Assembly: GCA_964626665.1 (NCBI GenBank)
Contig: CAZVGK010000003.1
Span: 1 to 64,000 of the forward strand
Reading direction: 5' to 3'
Origin: an uncultured Gemmatimonadota bacterium
Lineage (GTDB): Bacteria > SM23-81 > DAOVCL01
Length of the DNA: 64,000 bases
In this document: positions 58,967-64,000 of the stretch, piece after piece
Position numbering within the stretch: the stretch's first letter is position 1
How the letters are laid out: the number at the start of each line of letters is the position of its first letter
The notes under the pieces: generated by a model
Told to the model about the DNA's origin: nothing
The model's input: only the letters and a program-made list of their open reading frames with translations
Databases searched by the model: none
Program-made: the position numbers and the translations under genes

Positions 58967-61441
58967 TTACTTGTCAGAGGTAATCTGTGGAGAGCGGTGG
59001 CTGGTTATCTTCTTCTCTCCCCCTTTCCATCTGCTTACAAAGCTCAGCTCATTCCCCTCCCTTTCCACCTCGATGTCCGCTCCATCAACCACATCACCGT
59101 CAAGAATCCCCTCGGCCAAGGGATCCTCGATAAGCCTTCTGATCACCCTCTTCAGTGGTCTGGCCCCAAATGAGGGGTCATAGCCCTTCTCCGCCAGTAG
59201 TTCCTTCGCCTCCTTGGTCAGCTTGAAGGTGAGCTTCTTCTGCTTGAGCCTCTGGTTGAACTCCTGAAGGAGGATGTCCACTACCTTTACCATATCCTCC
59301 TTTGTCAGGGAACGGAAGACGATTACCTCATCTAACCTATTGAGAAGCTCCGGGTTGAAGGTCTTCTTCAGCTCCTCAAGCAGCCTCTCCTTCATTTGTT
59401 CATAGAGGGCCCCCTCACCTGTCTTCTGAAAACCCATTGACTTTCCCTTCTCTATCTCCCTGGCCCCCATATTGGATGTCATAATGATTACCGTATCCTT
59501 GAAGTTCACCTTGCGGCCGAAGCTATCGGTAAGGGTCCCCTCGTCGAGTATCTGCAGAAGAAGATTGTAGACATCGGGATGTGCCTTCTCGATCTCATCG
59601 AGCAGAACAACGGAGTAGGGTTTTCTCCTCACCTTTTCGGTAAGCTGTCCACCCTCCTCATAGCCCACATATCCGGGAGGGGCCCCGATAAGCCTGGATA
59701 CGGCAAACTTCTCCATATACTCGGACATATCAATCCTTACCAAAGCTTCGGAGTCCTCAAAGAGGAACTCGGCTAAGGCCCTGGCAAGCTCCGTTTTGCC
59801 CACTCCAGTGGGTCCCAAAAAGACAAAAGAGCCAATGGGGCGATTGGGGTCCTTTAAACCAGCCCTGGTCCTCCTTATGGCCCGGGAGATGGCCCTGATG
59901 GCCTCATCCTGTCCCACTATCCTCTTGTGTAGCTCCTCCTCCATCCGCAGAAGCTTTTGGGATTCACTCTCCTCCAAACGTTGCACGGGAATGTCGGTCA
60001 TCTTGGAGACCACCTCGGCAATGTCGGAGGCGGTCAAAAGGACCTTGTTCTCCTTCCTCTCTTTCTCCCACTCCTGCATAGCCTTTTCTAACCTCTGGCC
60101 TAACTTTCTCAGCTTATCCCGTAGCTTGGCTGCTTTCTCAAACTCCTGATTTTTGACTGCCTCCTGCTTTTTGCCCTCCACCTTGGCCATCTCCCCCTCT
60201 ATTTCCACAATGGACGAGGGCTTAATCAAGGAGTTGAGATGGGCCCGGGAGCCTGCTTCATCGATCACATCTATGGCCTTATCGGGCTGATACCTGCCGG
60301 AGATATATCTATCGGAGAGCTGCACTGCTGCCTCCACGGCATCCTCACTGATCATCACCCTGTGATGCTCCTCGTATTTAGACCTTAGTCCCCTGAGGAT
60401 CTCCACGGTCTGCTCATAGGTGGTGGGGTCCACCATCACCGGTTGGAACCTCCGCTCCAAGGCTCCATCCTTTTCAATATGTTTTCTGTATTCATCCAAG
60501 GTGGTGGCCCCAACACATTGCAATTCCCCTCGGGAAAGGGCAGGTTTGAATATGTTGGAGGCATCCAATGAACCCTCTGCCCCTCCTGCTCCCACAATGG
60601 TGTGTAGCTCGTCTATGAAAAGGATTACATTGCCACTGTTCTTTATCTCGTTGATCACCGCCTTGATCCTCTCCTCAAATTGGCCCCGATATTTGGTCCC
60701 AGCCACCAAAGCGGCCATATCCAGGGTAACCACTCTCTTTTCGCTCAGGATCTGGGGCACTTCACCGGCAACGATCCTCTGGGCTAAACCCTCCACAATA
60801 GCTGTCTTACCCACCCCGGGTTCCCCAATGAGAGCCGGGTTGTTCTTCTTTCTTCTGCTCAAAATTTGGGTTACCCTTTGAATCTCCTTCTGCCGGCCAA
60901 TTATGGGGTCGATCTTCCCCTTCCCGGTCAGGTCGGTGAGATCCCGGCCAAAGTGATCCAGGGCTGGCGTTTTGCTCTTTCTGCCTGGGGCACCAGCTAT
61001 AGCCTCACCAGAGGAGATTTTCCTCAGTTCCTCAAACACGGTCTGATAGTCAATATCATACATAGCGAGTATCTGGGAGGCAACGCTCTTGGGATCCTTC
61101 AGAATGGCCAAAAGCAAGTGCTCTGTGCCCACATTCTTAGAGTTGGTCATCCTGGCCTCTTGCGCAGCTATCTCCAGCACCCTTCTCGCCCGAGGGGTAA
61201 AGGGAATCTGACCAATAGTGAGGGTTCCTCCGGTGGCCGCCACTGCCTCCTCAATTGATTGCTTCAACTCGTCCAGTTCTAAATCCAGGTTCAACAGGAT
61301 GGAAATGGCCATCCCTTCCCCCTCCCTGATTATCCCCAAGAGCAGGTGCTCTGTGCCTATATAGTCATGCCTCAGCCTTCCCGCCTCTTCTCTGGCAAAC
61401 TGGATCACCTTCTTTACCCTCTCACTGAACATTCCATCCAT
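58967..61441 (-). CDS. clpC: ATP-dependent Clp protease ATPase subunit
   Basis: Clp-N repeats, [11 protein letters not shown] coil ([10 protein letters not shown]), [17 protein letters not shown]. Confidence 0.95.
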   Translation of the reverse strand: MDGMFSERVKKVIQFAREEAGRLRHDYIGTEHLLLGIIREGEGMAISILLNLDLELDELKQSIEEAVAATGGTLTIGQIPFTPRARRVLEIAAQEARMTNSKNVGTEHLLLAILKDPKSVASQILAMYDIDYQTVFEELRKISSGEAIAGAPGRKSKTPALDHFGRDLTDLTGKGKIDPIIGRQKEIQRVTQILSRRKKNNPALIGEPGVGKTAIVEGLAQRIVAGEVPQILSEKRVVTLDMAALVAGTKYRGQFEERIKAVINEIKNSGNVILFIDELHTIVGAGGAEGSLDASNIFKPALSRGELQCVGATTLDEYRKHIEKDGALERRFQPVMVDPTTYEQTVEILRGLRSKYEEHHRVMISEDAVEAAVQLSDRYISGRYQPDKAIDVIDEAGSRAHLNSLIKPSSIVEIEGEMAKVEGKKQEAVKNQEFEKAAKLRDKLRKLGQRLEKAMQEWEKERKENKVLLTASDIAEVVSKMTDIPVQRLEESESQKLLRMEEELHKRIVGQDEAIRAISRAIRRTRAGLKDPNRPIGSFVFLGPTGVGKTELARALAEFLFEDSEALVRIDMSEYMEKFAVSRLIGAPPGYVGYEEGGQLTEKVRRKPYSVVLLDEIEKAHPDVYNLLLQILDEGTLTDSFGRKVNFKDTVIIMTSNMGAREIEKGKSMGFQKTGEGALYEQMKERLLEELKKTFNPELLNRLDEVIVFRSLTKEDMVKVVDILLQEFNQRLKQKKLTFKLTKEAKELLAEKGYDPSFGARPLKRVIRRLIEDPLAEGILDGDVVDGADIEVEREGNELSFVSRWKGGEKKITSHRSPQITSDK

Positions 61442-62501
61442 CTTGTTCTCCTTTAGAAAGTTTGCTCCTCACCAAGGCAGCTCTCTCTACATCCCTTTCG
61501 GGAGCATCAATCACTCGATTTAAGTTCTTTTGCAGGTGGGCCGGTTGGGTCAACAGGAGCAATTGGTTAATGGCCAGAAGGGAGACAGAATTTATTACTC
61601 CCATTCCCAATCCTAACCTAAGGGCAGAGAGGAGATTCATCACCTCCTGGGAGGTGAGCACCCGTGCATTCTGCAGAATTCCATAGGCCCGCCAGATCTT
61701 GTCCTCTATCTGATCCCGGGCATCCTTAATCAAGGTTTCCCTTGCCTTCTCCTCATAGGAAATTACCTGTTTGGTAATTCTCTCCAAGTTCTCAATGATC
61801 TCCTCCTCAGATCTTCCCAAAGTAGTCTGATTTGATATCTGAAAGAGGTTTCCTAAGACATTGGTTCCCTCCCCATAAAATCCCCTGACCACGAACCCCA
61901 CCTGGGAGACCCCTTTAAGGACCTTGTTGATGTCATTGGTCAAGACCAACCCAGGGAGATGAATGAGCACCGAGGCCCGCAGGCCGGTGCCTGTATTGGT
62001 GGGACAGGCAGTGAGAAAGCCGAACCTTTCGGAAAAGGAGAATTCCATCCCTCGGCTCAGTTGATCATCTGCGTGGTCAACAATCTCCCAGGCAGAATTG
62101 GGTTGAAATCCAGACTGAATAACCTGGATCCGAAGATGGTCCTCTTCATTGACCATTATGCTCAATACCTCCCCCTCACCCACAAAGAGCCCTCCCTCTC
62201 CCCCATCTCGACCAAACCCAGGAGAGGTCAGGTGTCTCTCTACCAAAAAGTCCTTGTCCAAATCGGAGAGGTCATCCATCTGGAGAAAAAGACTCTGATT
62301 AGAAGGCCGAAAGTCCCTCACCGCATCCCTCACGGCCTCCAAGATCTGGTTTAACTGCTCTTTTCTGGCATAATGGACAAAAGGGAAACCCTTCAGGTTG
62401 CGGGCCAGCCTTACCCGACTAGAGAGGACGAGATCAGGGTGAGGACCGCTCCCATCCAGCCAAGTGGCCAGTTTATGCTTCAAATCATTCAAAGTAGACA
62501 T
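61422..62501 (-). CDS. mcsB: protein-arginine kinase
   Basis: SSRVRLARN, NEEDHLRIQ, LTACPTNTGTG, RGFYGEG, QISNQ, QPAHLQ. Confidence 0.95.
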   Translation of the reverse strand: MSTLNDLKHKLATWLDGSGPHPDLVLSSRVRLARNLKGFPFVHYARKEQLNQILEAVRDAVRDFRPSNQSLFLQMDDLSDLDKDFLVERHLTSPGFGRDGGEGGLFVGEGEVLSIMVNEEDHLRIQVIQSGFQPNSAWEIVDHADDQLSRGMEFSFSERFGFLTACPTNTGTGLRASVLIHLPGLVLTNDINKVLKGVSQVGFVVRGFYGEGTNVLGNLFQISNQTTLGRSEEEIIENLERITKQVISYEEKARETLIKDARDQIEDKIWRAYGILQNARVLTSQEVMNLLSALRLGLGMGVINSVSLLAINQLLLLTQPAHLQKNLNRVIDAPERDVERAALVRSKLSKGEQDGWNVQ

Positions 62502-63002
62502 TTAACCGTTTTCGCTCAGATCTCTTATCCTATCCCTAAGCTCGGCTGCCTTCTCAAACTCCTCATTTTCTATAGACTTACGCAGGTCATCCCTTAGTTT
62601 CCTCACCTCCCTCTTCAACTCCATCTTTAGGGTCAGCCGAGGAGGCGATTTCCCTACATGCTGGTTGCTCCCATGAATCCTGCGCAAGAGATCCTTCAAC
62701 TGGGAGGAGAAGGTCTCATAGCAAACCCCACAGCCAAGCTTACCGGTCTTCTCAAACTCGGCGAAGCTGTGGCCACATCCCGGGCAAATTTTCTCCGCCC
62801 CTTTTCCCTCCACATTCTCAGATTCTTTCTTAGTCATTCCTGCAAAAAGGTCGCCCAAGGAGAAGGAGATATTGCTTATGGCATCTTTCAATCCCCTCTT
62901 CTCTGCACATTTGCGGCAGAGATGGAGAACCGTTTTTTTTCCATTAACTATCTGGGTAAATTTTATCGTGGCTGGGTTCTTTCCACAGTCATCGCAAAGC
63001 AT
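62502..63002 (-). CDS. mcsA: McsB activator
   Basis: four CxxC motifs, GKLGC..CY, HVGK.P, EEFEKAAELRD. Confidence 0.92.
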   Translation of the reverse strand: MLCDDCGKNPATIKFTQIVNGKKTVLHLCRKCAEKRGLKDAISNISFSLGDLFAGMTKKESENVEGKGAEKICPGCGHSFAEFEKTGKLGCGVCYETFSSQLKDLLRRIHGSNQHVGKSPPRLTLKMELKREVRKLRDDLRKSIENEEFEKAAELRDRIRDLSENG

Positions 63003-63720
63003 CAACCTTCTCCTGGGTTAAGACCCCATCCTTTAACCTATAAACCCTGTTGGCCTGATGAGCCAATGCTTCATTATGGGTAACTATAACGAAAATTTGA
63101 CCCTGACTGCGATGCAACTCCCAGATGAGCTCGTGCAGTTCGTCGCTGCTCTTCTTGTCTAAGTTCCCCGATGGCTCATCGGCCAAAATGAGCTTGGGGC
63201 GATTGGCCAAGGCCCGGGCTACAGCTAACCTCTGCTGTTCACCGCCGGAGAGCTGTTGGGGAGACTGTTGGGAATGCTCCTGCAGATTTACCTGCTCCAA
63301 GAGCTCATAGGCTCTTTCCTTGGCCTGGGATAAGGGAACGCCAGCTATCAATTGGGGGATAGCGAGGTTTTCCCAGGCGGAAAACTCGGGCAAGAGATGG
63401 TGAAATTGAAAGACAAAACCCAACTTCCTGCTCCGAAACTCTGCCAATCTCCTACCGTTCAAGCTCAGAATACTCTCCCCGTCGATCTCGATCTCCCCCT
63501 GGTCTGGCCGATCCAAAGTCCCCAATATATGTAACAAGGTGCTCTTTCCCGCCCCAGAAGCTCCCACCACCGAGGCAATTTCCCCCTCCCCCACCTCCAT
63601 CTCTGCCCCCTGAAGAACGGGGAGAAATCTGCTCCCCCAAGGGAAACCCTTAAATATGCCCCTTGCTTTCAAAGCCACCCCACATCTCCCCCTGGCCTCA
63701 GAAGGCGAGATGAACAGCAT
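62989..63720 (-). CDS. lolD: lipoprotein-releasing ABC ATPase
   Basis: GASGAGKSTLL, GFVFQFHHLL, LSGGEQQR, ADEPSGNLD; follows LolC/E-type permease. Confidence 0.85.
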   Translation of the reverse strand: MLFISPSEARGRCGVALKARGIFKGFPWGSRFLPVLQGAEMEVGEGEIASVVGASGAGKSTLLHILGTLDRPDQGEIEIDGESILSLNGRRLAEFRSRKLGFVFQFHHLLPEFSAWENLAIPQLIAGVPLSQAKERAYELLEQVNLQEHSQQSPQQLSGGEQQRLAVARALANRPKLILADEPSGNLDKKSSDELHELIWELHRSQGQIFVIVTHNEALAHQANRVYRLKDGVLTQEKVDALR

Positions 63721-63771
63721 TGATACTGCAGTATAGATTCCCTGTCATTCTCAATTCTACATTCTAAATTT

Positions 63772-64000
63772 TCAGTACCTGATTGCCTCTACCGGAATCA
63801 GTTTGGCTGCCTTATACGCTGGATAGAGGGAAGCCAAGGTGCAAATCACCAGGGAAGCCAGGGCCACCATAATGAAATCCAGTGGATGCATATCTATGGG
63901 CAGGGAGTTGATAAAATAGATCTGAGAGGGCAAGGAGATAATTTTAAAGGTCTCCTGAGCCCAACAGAGGGCATATCCAAGGCCACTTCCCAAAATGGCT
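63772..64000 (-). CDS. LolC/E-family permease, C-terminal fragment (runs off window)
   Basis: YFINSLP...LASLYPAYKAA..PVEAIRY. Confidence 0.8.
   Translation of the reverse strand, partial: AILGSGLGYALCWAQETFKIISLPSQIYFINSLPIDMHPLDFIMVALASLVICTLASLYPAYKAAKLIPVEAIRY

Noticed and set aside
1..64000. The many 60-200-aa antisense or overlapping ORFs in the track; tRNA/rRNA genes
   Set aside because: Shadows of well-supported genes or repeat-derived frames; no cloverleaf or rRNA signature seen

Overview
This is a chromosomal window from what is probably an uncultured diderm bacterium of FCB-superphylum type. That placement is an inference from a PorV/PorQ-like barrel, a protein with a T9SS/FlgD-type C-terminal sorting domain, LptE/Lol genes and mcsA-mcsB-clpC. 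The housekeeping backbone comprises dusB-TPR-barrel, queD-queE-queC-folE2-mtnN, hflKC, hutI, pgsA-like/ino1/MATE/tmk/S41, a two-component pair, CCA enzyme, xerD, ogt, uvrC and lol-mcsAB-clpC. It is interrupted by accessory DNA: an orphan M.TaqI-like methyltransferase, a secreted dockerin/cohesin-like protein about 700 nt downstream of a variant c-di-GMP-I-like riboswitch, a Ser/Thr kinase with an in-frame 28-bp REP palindrome, and an ARE-type ABC-F with a putative attenuator. Two clusters of integron-cassette-like genes carry degenerate attC sites and have no integrase in the window. One of them includes a hicB/dead-hicA pair and a type II R-M system. Nearly every intergenic space is filled with nested small repeats of many families, including an element with conserved asymmetric ends and interchangeable inner arms. 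There is also an orphan 134-nt structured element. I saw no tRNA, rRNA, CRISPR array or intact transposase. All family assignments are by eye from motifs; no database searches were run.
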